Shown: in pieces, positions 36,857 to 50,063 of the stretch
How the letters are laid out: each line of letters starts with the position of its first letter
Position numbering within the stretch: position 1 is the first letter of the stretch
DNA from: Squalus acanthias
Taxonomy: Eukaryota
Assembly (NCBI GenBank): GCA_030390025.1
Contig: CM059431.1
Location: forward strand, 97,590,001-97,654,000
DNA: 64,000 bases
Direction of reading: 5' to 3'
Program-made: the position numbers and the translations under genes
Notes under the pieces: model-generated
Told to the model about the DNA's origin: nothing
Database searches by the model: none
Seen by the model: the letters and a program-made list of their open reading frames with translations, nothing else

Positions 36857-37919
36857 TGGCGGATTGACCACTTCAGAGGATTCCTTGTCACTAGAGCCAT
36901 TTAAGATTAGGGGAGGGATTTACATGTAGCACATACCGTAGAGGAGACATGCCCAACTGCACGCATCTTCATGGATCAAGGAGCAGAGGGCAGAAAGTGC
37001 ATTGAGCTGACAGGAACAGGCACATCAGTAGACAAAGCATGTCTCCGCACAGTACACGCACAGCCTGCGCGGAAGTAACAGAGCCGCCTAGTCTGACACA
37101 TTTCTGTGAGGTTCCTGGACCGCGAGCCCCTCGTCCCTTGTACGCAGCACTGAGATGGTGCACACTGACATTGATGCTCGTGGTCTGGTGGAGGACTCCC
37201 CCAGTGAAGCCTACATCTTGTTTTCTTCCCTCTTAAAAGAGCACAAGCTTTTGCATGTGTGTAAATTCACTGAAGGAACCATCCAACAGAGCAGGTAGCA
37301 GCGATGTTAGTCCCAGTATCTGCACTTTGTGTCATTTACCTCCTTTTTTAAAAGAAAAATGTGGTTTGCAGTTCCCCAGACCTCAGTGCAAGTTTACACT
37401 CATGAAATGGCTGCTTCTGAGTTCACTGTGAGAATAATGTGCAGAAAATGAGATCCTGTTACAATAACACACATTTCAGCACATTGCTGCCTAAGTTACA
37501 CATTACTCTCGATGAGGTTGGGAAGAATGCCTCCAAACTGACACAACTCTGTATAAAGTGCTGCCCTTCCTAATTCACTTTGTTCCTGTATATTGTTTTA
37601 GGTACGCTCTAACCTGTTCTTTGTACAAATTGTTGTGAAGATTATTAGGTACTGGATCGCAGTGCTTGAAAGTACAGGTTGATTGGTTGATTACAACTTT
37701 GAAATTTGATTGATACGCTGCGAGGCGGGCCATCAGGAGCACTGGAGCATTCATTCTCTGCTGCTAGCCAGCCCCAGGACAACCGTTTGTACAGAGGTAA
37801 CATCCATTTACAGCTAGAAACCTCCAGGAAAGGAAGGAACAATGTTTTCTCCCAGTATGTTCAAAACAAGAAACCTTGTATTTTATGCTGAGCATAAGAA
37901 ATTGCTAAGTCAATGCTGT

Positions 37920-38410
37920 GGTGTTTTATACAAACGTATGTTAGAGTTCTGGGCCCCCCATTATAGGAAGGAAGGGAAACCGATGGGAAAGGTGCATTGT
38001 AGATTCACTGGGATGTTTTGCAGGAATGAGGGGGTTATAGTTAGGAAGAACTACTCTAATTTAGGAATTCCTTCACTTGAGCTGAGCTGGTTAAGGATTG
38101 ACCTGATGGAGGTTTTCAAGGTTACCGAAAGGCAAATAGTGATTGATTCTCAGTGAGACAGTAACAACATGGCACAAACATCAGTGAGTCATCAAGGGGA
38201 GGTTAGAGCACAGTATTTGTGTGCAGAATGTGGCATTCTCTCTGCCACAAAGCACAAATCCTTTGAAAAGGGAATTTGAGTAACTTGGGGATCTCTTGCA
38301 GTATACAGGGAGTGAGCTGGACAGTTGGACTAGAATAAATGGCTGTCGGGGGAAAACACTGACACAGGCTTGATGAGCCAAATGGCTTGTTCTATGCTGG
38401 AACAATCTGT
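37920..38410 (+). mobile_element. Highly decayed CR1 3' fragment
   Basis: LEFWAPHYRK and LRIDLMEVFKV remnants; tail gagccaaatggcttgttctatgctg. Confidence 0.65.
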
Positions 38411-38925
38411 GATTTTATTTAGGAATTTGTTCTGCTTAGCATAAAGTTGAATTGTCCTTGTACAGTGATTTATGCCTTCCAGAAAAAGCTTTTTCCCCCC
38501 GATCCTGACCCCACATCACATGAGGACCTGTCACGTTGCTTACTAACAGGCATTAACAAAGAAACTGCTTCCAGTATTAATGGTGTTGCCCAGTGCTGCA
38601 GCACCTGTTGTGTTTCTGCTGGAGACTTGTTGGCATTCTCTTGTTCCTTTCCAGAATACCCGCGGATTACAGCTGGCAATTAAACAGCAAAAGCTTTTCT
38701 ACCATTGCCTGGTCAACACAGGGTGATTACTTTTAAACATTTGTCCAAACGGTGGGGTTCTGATATTTGCTGTAAATCACTCTTGGAGTTGCAGCCTGAA
38801 ATTGATTGTGAAAAGAAGACACCAAGGCCCCCCCGTCCCCTTTCCCCACAGCCAGTACACTGCAAAAGCTTGGCACCTGATAATACATAAGACTATGCAT
38901 TTGGGGGTCGACTCACATGGGTAGT

Positions 38926-39137
38926 GGAATCTGAACTCTCTTTCTTCCCCCCCCTCCCCAAAAGGCTGTGGATGCTGGGGGTCAATTTAAATTTTCAAGA
39001 CTGAGATTGATAGATTTTTGTTGGGTAAGGGATATGGAGCCAAGGCGGGTAAATTGAGTTGAGGTACTGATCAGCCGTGATCTGATTGTATGGTGGAACA
39101 GTCTCGAGGGACTGAATGGCCTCCTCCTGTTCTATTT
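38926..39137 (+). mobile_element. CR1 3' fragment
   Basis: Similar to 15100-15312. Confidence 0.75.
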
Positions 39138-40167
39138 TCTTGGGGTTGTGGGGGGGAAGGGGGGTGTGGACAGAATGGAAATTGAGCTAGTTTCTAGGAA
39201 CAGAAAGAGTTAAATGTGTCAGACAAAGTTCATTCACACCTCCTAAAAGAGGCAACCTCTGGCAATATGATTAGATTGTGTAAGTCAACAGAAGGTTGCA
39301 CAAAGCCTGGAAGCTGGTGTGCAAGATCCTTGTCACTATATTTGCTTTGGTTGAGTTTTCTAATCTAAACTTTTTTTAAATTCTGCGTCACTTAAGCAAA
39401 AGTTGTACAAAAGACCCGGTGGATTTGAGGCATTAGCCATGATGGTGTCTTGGTTTATTCATGCCCAGGAGTGCTAGCTGGGCTGGAGAGATCGTCATGT
39501 CTGAATTCTTCAACAATCAGGCTTGTACCAGAAATGTTTGCCTTCTTTTGTAGCCTGGTATTTCTCTGACTGGTGATGTGATAATTCCTTAGGAACTGCA
39601 AAGTACAGGACCAGAAAGGTCGATACAGCTGCACCCTAAAATGAATGCACCTCAATCAGCCACTCTTTCAGATTCTCCCTGGGATTCTCCTGCAATATCT
39701 GCCTCCAATCACTCCCTTGCTGAACAGTCCATCGCACACATCCACCATGCTCTGTAAAGTAGTTCAACTTAAACTCTCTCTGCATCTTCTCTCTTCTAAG
39801 CTTGCTCTAGACCCAGGGACAATCTGGAGTATATTATCTGGGTTCAATTTATCTGTTCCTTAAGAACCTTGAATCCATCAATGATCTCTGCCGTGATCCT
39901 TCTCTCCTCCCAATCCCAGGTTCGTCGCCCTCTCCTTATAGCTCAGACGCCTGTTTGGTTGCTGTTTTTCTGCACTGCCTCCGATACCTGGATATCCTTG
40001 GCCTACGGTGAGCAGAATTGTACACAGTGTTGCGGGTGTGGCGGTACCAGTGCCTGTACAGACTCGATATCCCCTCCTGGGATTTGTGCTCCCTCCTTTC
40101 GGCTACTCATCCTGAGATCCGGTTAACACTACCGCCACATACTGCGTGGCGGGTTCCAGTGAGATTG

Positions 40168-40415
40168 CAGATGAGATGTTAAAATGAGGCCCCAATCTGT
40201 CTGTTATGGTTCCAGTCGACGATTAAGATCCCATGGCACTAGTTGGCGTTCTCCCAGTGTCCTGGCCAGCATTCCTCCTTTAGCTAGCACCACCAAAAAC
40301 AGATTCACTGCTCAGTCATCTCGTTTGCCACGTGTGGGATCTGGCTGTGCATAAATTAGTTGTCACTGCACCTGGACAAGCAACAAATTGAACGTGACGT
40401 ATTTTGGGAAGCCAT
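40168..40415 (+). mobile_element. Degenerate DeuSINE-type SINE core
   Basis: gatgagatgttaaaatgaggcccc...aagatcccatggcacta...cagtgtcctggcca aligns by eye with 45090-45478. Confidence 0.65.
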
Positions 40416-40992
40416 CTTTGTTCTTTGAGTTAACCTCAGTTCAGCTAGTTCTGTGAAATGATATTATGGCAGGTTGATCTCGTAAGCAGTTAGCAATGTT
40501 ATGAGAAAGGAGGATAGATTGCAAACTGTGTGCTGTTACTGTCAGGGTGGGGTTCTGTTTCAGGTTGCTGTTAGCAGTTGTTTTCGACTAAAGATGCCTA
40601 AGGCACTGGAAATGTATTACCGGGGCCAAGTGCAGTCAGCAGAATTATTTTTAAGCGATGAGGGTGTGTATGTATAAATATAAATGCCAGTTTGTTACAA
40701 AGCATCTACAGTAAATCTGTCCAGATTGAACTTTAAACAACATTAGACAGATCAATTCTGAAAGTGCACTGAGCATTGTTCATGGTAAGCACAGATGTTT
40801 AAGATAGTTAAAATGGTTACAAAGGTATTTAAACATGTATCTGTGAATTAATGTGTCGTTTGTTTATTCATAACCTCTGAGGTTCATGGGGCCCTTTAGG
40901 GACCCACACAATTGAAGTAATTCCAATGCTTTCCATTCAGGAGTAAATATTAAGCTAACAACAGAAATTAAAATGAGTAAGAGAAATTAAAA

Positions 40993-41852
40993 TCATAGAA
41001 ATTTGCAGCACAGAAGGAGGCCATTCGGCCCATCTTGTCCGTGCCGCCCGACAAAAAGCTATCCCAGCCTAATCTCACTTTCCAGCTCTTGGTCCGTAGC
41101 CCTGTAGGTTACGGCACTTCAAGTGCATATCCAAGTACTCTTTAAATGTGATGAGAGTCTCTGCTTTTACCACCCTTTCAAGAAGTGAGTTTCAGACCCC
41201 CACCACTCTCTGGGTGAAAAAAATTATCCACAGATCCTCTCTAAACTTCTGACCAATTACTTTAAATCTATGCCCCCTGGTTATTGACCCTTCTGCTAAG
41301 GGAAATAGGTCCTTCCTATCCATTCTGTCTAGGCCCCTCATAATTTTATACACCTCAATTAGGTCTCCCCTCAGCCTCCTCTGTTCCAAAGAAAACAACC
41401 CCAGCCTATCCAGTCTTTCCTCATAGCTAAAATTCCCCAGCCCAGGCAACATCCTCGTAAATCTCCTCTGTACCCTCTCTAGTGCAATCACATTCTTCCT
41501 GAAATGTGGTGACCAGAATTGTACGCAGTATTCTAGCTGTGGCCTAACTAGTGTTTTATACAGTTCAAGCATAACCTCCCTACTCTTATATTCTATGCCT
41601 CGGCTAATAAAGGCAAGTATCCCGTATGCCTTCTTAACCACCTTATCTACCTGTCCTGCTACCTTCAGGGATCTGTGGACATGCACTCCAAGGTCCCTCT
41701 GATCTTCTGCACTTCTCAGTGTCTACTATTTATAGTGTATTCCCTTGCCTTGTTAGCCCTCCCCAAATGCATTACCTCACACTTCTCCAGATTGAATTCC
41801 GTTTGCCACTGTTTTGCTCACCTGACCCGATAATTGAAATCTTCCTGCAGTC
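40993..41852 (-). mobile_element. CR1 LINE 3' fragment
   Basis: ORF 41192..41686(-) with RPQLEYCVQFWSP; tail at ~40993. Confidence 0.9.
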
Positions 41853-41984
41853 TGCTCGTTAAAATGAGCAAAGACTTTGAATCGCCAATGCATTTCCAAG
41901 AGCTGCGTTGCAGAATTAAAATCACCGATTTAGTGATTTAATTGGCAGTTACTCTGTGACGAAAATGAAGTTTTGTGTATATTA

Positions 41985-42530
41985 ATAACAGCTTACATTT
42001 ATATAGCGCATTTAATGTAGCAAAACGTCCCAAGGCGCTTAACGAGCGATATCAATAAAAATCATTTTTGACACCAAGCCACAGAAGGAGATGACCAAAA
42101 GCTTGGTCAGAGAGATAGGTTTTAATAAGCACCTTAAAGGAGGGGAGAGAGGTGGAGAGGTTTAGGAAGGGAATTCTAGAGCTTCGGACCCAGGCAGCTG
42201 AAGGCACGGCCGCCAATGGTGGAGCAATTAAAATCGGGGATGCGCAAGAGGCCAGAATTGGAGGAGAGCAGAGATCTCGGAGGGTTGTAGGGCAAGAGGA
42301 GGTTACAGAGATGGGGAGGGGGGCGAGGGCCATGGAGGGATTTGAAAACAAGGATGAGGATTTTAAAATTGTGGTGTTGTCAGACCAGTTGCCAATGTAG
42401 GTTAATGAGTACAGGGGTGATGGGTGAACGAGACTTGGAGCGAGTTAAGATACGGGCAGCAGAGTTTTGGATGAGCACAAGTTTATGTAGGGTGGAGATG
42501 GGAGGCCAGCCAGAAGAGTGTTGGAATAAT
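41985..42530 (-). mobile_element. L2-clade LINE 3' fragment
   Basis: Reverse-complement tail aacagcttacatttatatagcgc; homologous to 50920-51925. Confidence 0.85.
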
Positions 42531-42707
42531 GCATTGTGGAATTGACTTCTCTCCTGGTGCCCATGGGGCTAAAAATCATGTTCACTCACAGAAAATGGCT
42601 TTGATCCAATGATTTGATCCAAGAGCCCCAGATTTTAGATGGTATACCTGGTCAGGTGTGTAAGGAAGTGGCCAAGCCATTTAATTCAAATATAAGCGTG
42701 TTGTGCG

Positions 42708-43270
42708 TTTTATTTGTTTGTCGGGGCATGGATGGTGCTAGCAAGGCTGCGTTTGTTGACTTGTTGGGTTCTGGCCAACTTCTCCTTGAATGGATGCGGT
42801 CCTTGTGCTGATGGTGTTGGGTTAGGGAATTCCAGGATATTGGCCCAGTGACGATGAAGGAATATTACATGGAATTTACAGCACAGAAACAGGCCATTTG
42901 GCCCATATGTCCCAAGTCAGGAAGGTGTGTGACTTGAGAGGGGAATTTGCAAGTCATGGTGTTTCCATGTGGTTGCTGCTCTTGTTATTCCTAATAGAGG
43001 TTGCAGTGTCCTTGGTGAGTTGCTGCAGTGCATCTTGTAGGTTATACATACGGCAGCCCTAGTGCACTAGTGGTGGAGGGCATGCAGAGTGAGTCCAGTA
43101 ACAGGGAGGCTGATAAAGCAAGCTGCTTTGTGCTGGATGGTGTTGAGCTTCTTGAGTGTTGTGGCTGGACCATCCAGCCGTGTGGTCAGTATTCTATCAC
43201 AGTGCTGACTTGAGCCTTGCCGATGTTGGAGAGGCTTCGAGGGGCCAGGCAGTGAGCCACATGTTGCAGG
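42708..43270 (-). mobile_element. Decayed LINE 3' fragment (family of 44135-44845), apparently interrupted by a ~40-bp CR1 tail at ~42865-42905
   Basis: Shared segments gagttgctgcagtgcatcttgtag and gagcttcttgagtgttgt; insert ttacatggaatttacagcacagaaacaggccatttggccc. Confidence 0.65.
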
Positions 43271-44134
43271 GGACCCAGCCTCTGACTTGCATGTTTGATT
43301 GGCAGCTCTTTTTGAATTTGAGACGCATTTAAATTTTTTTCAGCTCAGTAAAGTTTTGAAAAGTATTTCTCAGCCTGCCTTGTTCAAATTGGATAGTCCC
43401 ATCAGAGGGAGGGGGGGGGTGCAAAGAAACTATGGGCAGCTAGAAATCGCTACGTATTAAAGATTAATATTCAGCAACCTTGTGTTTGATCTGCTGCATG
43501 TTGAAGCTTAGTACAGCAGCCATGACTGTTGTTTTCTACTTTTCAAGGAGGGATCGTTAAGCCGATATCTACTGTAAATCTGTAGTGAGTCATTCTGTCA
43601 CTTATTCATTTACGTATTAATACATGTGTTTGGCTGTTCATAGCCAAACCGCGGGTCTAGTGAAGTGTTTGTTCTACCACCATCTGAAGCTTAGGAAGGA
43701 AGTGCACTTGAAATAACCAGCAGCTGATCCCTGGCTGACTACAAGTTACCGAGATATTAGGAAGGAAAGAGCTCAGTCTGTGTCTATAGGGTTCACTTAG
43801 AGAGTGGTCTGAGACACTGAACCCAAGAGTAATATTAAGTAAAAAGCCTAAAACATACCTCTCCTAATAAACACTAGTTTAGAAACCTAGTTAGTTTGGC
43901 CAAAACAATGTTTAACTTTGGATCGGTCAGGTCTTTTTGGAACAACACTCGGCGCAGTCAGTTAGATTTCCTGACAGTCTTGCTGTGCTTCTTCAGGTGG
44001 CCTGAGATTCAGGCCTCTTGCCCATTTTACTGGTGGTCAGGGGGGTAAAACTCGATATTTACAGCCCTTGTTCGCAATAGAACTTTACTGCAAGTCTACA
44101 AGTAGCTGGAGTCTTTTGAGTTGAGCATGGAGTG

Positions 44135-44845
44135 TTTTTTTTATTTGTTCCTGGGATGTGGGCATTGCTGGCAAGGCCAGCATTATTGCCCATTCCTAGT
44201 TGCCCTTGAGAAGGTGGTGGTGAGCCACCTTCTTGAACCGCTGCAGTCCGTGTGGTGAAGGTGCTCCCACAGCGCTGTTAGGGAGGGAGTTCCAGGATTC
44301 TGACCCAGCAACAATGAAGGAACGGCGATATACTCCCAAGTCAGGATGGTGTGTAAGTTGGAGGTGAACTTGGAGGTGGTGCTGTTCCCATGTGCCTGCT
44401 GCCCTTGTCCTTCTAGGTGGAAGAGGTTGCGGGTTTGGAAAGTGCAGTCGAAGAAGCCCTTGGCGAGTTGCTGCAGTGCATCTTGTAGATGGTACACACG
44501 GCAGCCGCGGTACGCCGGTGCTGGAGGGAGTGAATGTTTAAGGGGTGCCAATCAAACAGGCTGCTTTGTCATGGATGGTGTCGAGCTTCTTGAGTGTTGT
44601 TGGAGCTGCACTCATGCAGGCAAGTGGAGAGTATTCCATCACATTCCTGACTTGTGCCTTGTAAATGGTGGAAAGGCTTTGGGGAGTCAGGAGATGAGAC
44701 ACTCTCCTCAAAACACCTAGCCTCTGACCTGCTCTTGTAACCACAGTATTTATGTGGCTGTTCCAGTTAAGTTTCTGGTCAATGGTGACCCTCAGGATGT
44801 CGATGGTGGGGGATTTGGCGATGGTAATGCCGTTGAATGTCAGGA
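44135..44845 (-). mobile_element. CR1-group LINE of a different family, 3' fragment
   Basis: ORF remnant RAGQRLGVLRRVSHLLTPQSLSTIYKAQVRNVMEYSPLA is typical of the post-RT region of a non-LTR element; A-rich tail at the left end. Exact clade not determined. Confidence 0.75.
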
Positions 44846-45089
44846 GTGTGTTGGTGTCCTTGCATACTAAGCCCCAGATGATTAGTGAGTTTGCAACTTT
44901 GCTGCATGGTCTTTTTCAGTTCCTTTGGGGAGAAAGAAGCAGATGCAAAAAGCAAAGGAGGTAAGTGGAAATCAGCCGTTGAGTTGTCCCCGAGGCCAGG
45001 CTCCTGCATTTTCTATCATCAGTGGCAGGATCACAAAGAACTGATCCACTGGAATGTTGAGGAAATACCTGGCGGATGAATTTTCTTCT

Positions 45090-45478
45090 GGAGCACATAA
45101 TCTAGGCTGACACTCCAGTGCAGTGCTGAGGGAGTGCTGCACTGCCAGAGGGGCCGTCTTTTGGATGAGATGTTAAACTGAGGCCCCGACTGCCCCCACA
45201 GGTGAATGTAAAAGTTCCTGCTGCACGATTCGAAGAAGAGCAGGGGAGTTCTCCCAAGTGTCCTGGGGCCAATATTTATCCCTCAACCAACATCACTAAA
45301 ACAGATGATCTGGTCATTATCACATTGCTGTTTGTGGGAGCTTGCTGTGTGCAGATTGGCTGCCGCTTTTCCTACATTACAACAATGACTACACTTCAAA
45401 AGCACCTCATTGGCTATAAAGTGCTTTGGGACGGCTCGAGGTCATATAAGGCGCTGTATAAATTAGAATCGTTCTTTC
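45090..45478 (+). mobile_element. DeuSINE-type SINE (SacSINE1/AmnSINE1-like), head truncated
   Basis: Recalled Deu-domain sequence (ggatgagatgttaaactgaggcccc...gaagaagagcaggggagttctccc...tatttatccctcaaccaacatcactaaaacaga) and an L2-like tail. Confidence 0.8.
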
Positions 45479-45641
45479 ACATACACCCCTCCACTGAACC
45501 TATCTCCTGTCCCCAGTTAAGATGCTCCAGGATGTATGTTTTATGATCTCTGTGATTAATTCAGAGTCTTGGTCTGGGTAACTGATGGTTGTACAATGTT
45601 CTGTAGAACGCAGGAAAATTCTGAGGCTCGACAGACATTTC

Positions 45642-45928
45642 ATAAGAACATAAGAAATAGGAGCAGGAGTAGGCCAATCGGCCCCTCGAGCCTGCTCCGC
45701 CATTCAATAAGATCATGGCTGATCTGATCCTAACCTCAAATCTAAAGAACACAAGAAGTAGGAGCAAGACCCGGCCACTCAGCCCCTGGGCCCGCTCCGC
45801 CACCCACAGGGCCTTGACCGATCCGAACTCAGCCTCATGTCCAATTTCCTGCCCGCTCCCCGTAACCCCTAATTCCCTTTACTTCTAGGAAACTCTATTT
45901 CTGTTTTAAATTTATTTAATGATGTAGC
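45642..45928 (-). mobile_element. CR1 3' end with two consecutive 3'-UTR copies
   Basis: cataagaacataagaaataggagcagg... (45642) followed by a diverged copy aagaacacaagaagtaggagcaag... (~45745). Confidence 0.8.
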
Positions 45929-46019
45929 TAGAAAAAGTGACATAAAACCGCTCTGCCTGCACGTTTTTTTTTACTGCTGTTGGTGAAGCGACAAAATTTT
46001 TTATGAATGCCGCAATATC

Positions 46020-46094
46020 TGGCAGCGGTGGGATTCGAACCCACGCCCCCAAAGAGCCTTAATCCAGCGCCTTAGACCGCTCAGCCACGCTACC
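46020..46094 (-). pseudogene. tRNA-Leu(AAG) pseudogene
   Basis: Reverse complement GGTAGCGTGGCTGAGCGGTCTAAGGCGCTGGATTAAGGCTCTTTGGGGGCGTGGGTTCGAATCCCACCGCTGCCA matches the recalled vertebrate tRNA-Leu-AAG except for a 7-nt deletion (CAGTCTC) and two CpG>TpG changes. Confidence 0.88.
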
Positions 46095-47016
46095 ACATTT
46101 CGGAGCAGAAAGACCCAGAAAGAAGCCTCCTTTTGTTATGATTGGGATGAAGAGTAACGCACTCGGTATAGTCCTGGACTCTGTGTGGATGGTGACTTCC
46201 ATGCCAGCCTAAATATTTCAGATGGTGATGCATGTTTGCCATTAAAAATTTACTTTGAGAAACCAGCAAGATGGGTGTGAAAAGGAATTGCAGATATGTG
46301 GATCATTGCCTGTTTCTGGGTGTCTAGAGGCAGCTTCGAACCAGTGACATCTTGTGCGTTAATCCACATCTGTTGATCCTGCTAAATGATTGTGTGTGTA
46401 GCAGGGTTATGCCACCTGTGTTAAATTGAACTGCAACATATGGTAGCATAACAAACAAGAAAGTTGGCAGAGAAGCTATATTGGAAGAACGTAGCTATTG
46501 AGTCTCTGATGCATAAATGTATTTGTGGGGAAATAAATCATACAATATTGAGGAGCTAATCCTGAAGTATCCACCAAATGTACAAGATTGCAAACAGCTG
46601 ACTGTGAATAAAGCAAATATTGTCTATTTAACAAATGACAGACCACAAAGCTATCCAGTAAAAAGCAGGTGATCTGGCAGAACATGGCATCACTCTTTGC
46701 CCTTTCCTATTCTTAAAAGGGCAATGTATCCTCCTGAACTTTTGCACAGTCATAACGTTTATAGAGGAACATGTTTGTCTACTTGTGTCTTTCGGTCATC
46801 TTTTTTTATCGCCCTGTGAACCTCTGGTTACAGGCAGCTGGGGACAGCGTAAAATTCTGATCGGGTGATGTGAAAGGAGGAACTGGATCGCAGGCAGCAT
46901 TCCCTATTCACAATCTCTCATCATTGGGGGAGTTTTATACACTGTGATAGTGCTTTGCAGTTTTACACATTAAGGAAGTTAATGCTGCAGTCTCTCTCTG
47001 TCTTAGTAACCAGTTA

Positions 47017-47285
47017 TAGAATTATACACCAAACAAGGAGGCCATTTGGACCATCTTGCCTGTGCCGGCGCTCCCCCTGCTCGTTCCCCGGAGCCCTGCA
47101 AATTTTCCCCTTCAAGTTTTTATCCAATTCCCTTTTGAAAGTTACTATTGAATCTGCTTCCACCGCCCTTTCAGGCAGCACATTCCAAATCTCAACAACT
47201 CGCAGCGTAAAAACATCTCTTCATCTTGCCTCTGCTTCTTTTGCCAGTTATCTTAAATCTGTGTCCTCTGGTTACCGACCCGCCT
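47017..47285 (-). mobile_element. CR1 3' fragment
   Basis: Reverse-complement tail (ggaggccatttggaccatc) and ORF2-end remnant. Confidence 0.65.
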
Positions 47286-47771
47286 GCCAAAAGGATTAAA
47301 GGCTAACAGCATGTGAATTAAAGTTTACATGGGTATCTATCTTTATAACAGTGAAAGTTGATCAGGAGAAGAGCGAAAACTATTGAGAGAAAGTTTATGT
47401 TTGGTTCAAAGAAAGTGAACTGATGCATAAGTTTCTAAACTGCAGGAACAAGTTTTTTGTCTCTGTTTTATTGGAGTAAGCATCGAGGAGCTTATTGAAG
47501 ACTGACTGCAGCATTGGCTTTCTTAATACATAAACCCGCAAAGCACTCTATCATTTAAACTTCAATTGCAGTCTAAGTGGAGAAAGCTTTACCAAAAAAA
47601 TAAGGAACATGCTTCATAAAAGCCATCTTCGGAATGCTTTTCTTTGTCACCTTTGCTGGATAAATCGAGAGAACAAAAACTTAAATGCTGTGAAGTGAAA
47701 TAATCTGAAGTCTCCTAAGAGAGCAGCGTAGTTGGTGCTGAGCCTGGAGTTCTGAGTAATCGTTGGCGACA

Positions 47772-47969
47772 GTGTTAGACTGCTCCTGGAGTACAAGTTG
47801 TTCCAGGTTAGACTGTTCCTGAAGTACAAGTTGTTCCAGGTTAGACTGCTCCTGGAGTACAAGTTGTTCCAGGTTAGACTGCTCCTGGAGTACAAGTTGT
47901 TCCAGGTTAGACTGCTCCTGGAGTACAAGTTGTTCCAGGTTAGACTGCTCCTGGAGTACAAGTTGTTCC
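47772..47969. repeat. 33-bp minisatellite (gttagactgctcctggagtacaagttgttccag) x ~6, followed by a degenerate Deu-like core to ~48110
   Basis: Directly visible. Confidence 0.9.
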
Positions 47970-48892
47970 ATCTCTCAGAAGGGACATTAAGCCGAGGCTC
48001 TTCTCCCCGCTCAAGTGGATGCAAACGATCTTGTACAGTTCCAGGAAGAGCAGAGACTGCTCCCAGTTGTTCTGACCAACATTCTACCCTCAACCACCAA
48101 AAAACAGGTGCTCTAGAAATAGCGACGTTCTTTTGTCTGGGTAGAGATAGTTCCAGGGTCAGACTATCAGTATAATAAGTATTTGGCTGTCTGGTGTTGA
48201 TAATGTTTGGGTAAACATTTGACTGAGTGAAGCTGGTATCACACTGCACGGACACCCAGGATGCTGGTACAGAGTGCATCGATGTTTTCTACCCAACTGC
48301 CAGGTGTTTTTAGAGCTGAATGTTGCATTATTGTGGGAATCTCTACAACATTCCCAGGATATTCTGCATACTCTTGCTGCGGAGGCTTCCCCTGTCACTG
48401 AGGGCACACTTGGGCTGAGGTGCCTGGCTCGGAATCGAGGTTGTGTTGAAGGATATTCAGGTTGAGTTCCCAGACATCCTCTGCCTCAACACTTCAGTAA
48501 CCAGGCGAGAGATGGACTTGCAATTTACAAGAACTTCTGACCGAGGAGGTGCGAGTTCCATCTGGCTCAGTAAATAACTGTTCCGCCCTTTTAATCATGT
48601 CCCACTTGATTCCTGGGGCGGAGTATAAATTCTGTGTGGATACACCTGAGATTACATGGAATTTACAGCACAGAAACAGGTCATTCGGCCCAGCGGGTCC
48701 ATGCCAGTGTTTATGCTCCACAGGAGCCTCCTCCCACTTTTCTTCATCTCAGCAGATCCTTCTATTCCTTTCTCCCTCATGTATTTATGTAGCTTCCCCT
48801 TAAATACAACTATGCTGTTCGCTTCAACTACTCCTTGTGGTAGTGAAGTAGATAATGTTACGTGGAACTGCTTTAGGTTTGTGGTCTTCCAG

Positions 48893-50063
48893 ACCCAGAG
48901 CCTGGTCTATGGACGGTGAGCAGTCTAGCTGCCTGTTCCCCAGAGCCTGGTCTATGAGCAGTGAGCAGTCTAGCCGATAGTTACCCAGAGCCTGGTCTAT
49001 GGACGGTGAGCAGTCTAGCCGAGAGTTCCCCAGAGCTTGGTCTATGGACGGTGAGCAGTCTAGCCGATAGTTCCCCAGAGCCTGGTCTGTGGACGGTGAG
49101 CAGTCTAGCCATCAGTTCCCCAGAACCTGGTCTATGGACGGTGAGCAGTCTAGCCATCAGTTCCCCAGAGCCTGGTCTATGGACGGTGAGCAGTCTAGCC
49201 GATAGTTCCCCAGAGCTTGGTCTATGGACGGTGAGCAGTCTAGTCGATAGTTCCCCAGAGCCTGGTCTATGGACGGTGAGCAGTCTAGCCGATAGTTCAC
49301 CAGAGCCTGGTCTATGGACGGTGAGCAGTCTAGCCGATAGTTCCCCAGAGCCTGGTCTATGGACGGTGAGCAGTCTAGCCGATAGTTCCCCAGAGCTTGG
49401 TCTATGGACGGTGAGCAGTCTAGTCGATAGTTCACCAGAGCCTGGCCTATGGACGGTGAGCAGTCTGGCCGCCAGTTCCCCAGAGCTTGGTCTATGGACG
49501 GTGAGCAGTCTGGCCGCCAGTTCCCCAGAGCCTGGTCTATGGACGGTGAGCAGTCTAGCCGATAGTTCCCCAGAGCTTGGTCTATGGACGGTGAGCAGTC
49601 TAGTCAATAGTTCCCCAGAGCCTGGTCTATGGACGGTGAGCAGTCTAGTCAATAGTTCCCCAGAGCCTGGTCTATGGACGGTGAGCAGTCTAGCCGATAG
49701 TTCACCAGAGCCTGGCCTATGGACGGTGAGCAGTCTAGCCGATAGTTCCCCAGAGCCTGGTCTATGGACGGTGAGCAGTCTAGTCGATAGTTCCCCAGAG
49801 CTTGGTCTATGGACGGTGAGCAGTCTAGTCGATAGTTCCCCAGAGCCTGGCCTATGGATGGTGAGCAGTCTAGCCGATAGTTCACCAGAGCCTGGCCTAT
49901 GGACGGTGAGCAGTCTAGCCGATAGTTCCCCAGAGCTTGGTCTATGGACGGTGAGCAGTCTAGCCGCGAGTTCCCCAGAGCCTGGCCCATGGACGGTGAG
50001 TAGTCAAGCCGCCAGTTCCCCAGAGCCTGGCCCATGGACGGTGAGCAGTCTAGCCGCCAGTTC
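48893..50063. repeat. 45-bp minisatellite (gtgagcagtctagccgatagttccccagagcctggtctatggacg) x ~26
   Basis: Directly visible; 15-aa periodicity in ORF 48961..50112. Confidence 0.97.

Noticed and set aside
35577..36929. 450-aa and 325-aa repetitive ORFs (likewise 48961..50112, 32068..33061, 62542..63491)
   Set aside because: Minisatellite translations inside introns or upstream DNA; no splice or homology support.
48893..50063. CRISPR-like appearance of the regular arrays
   Set aside because: Units are head-to-tail with no unique spacers, there are no cas genes, and the context is vertebrate.
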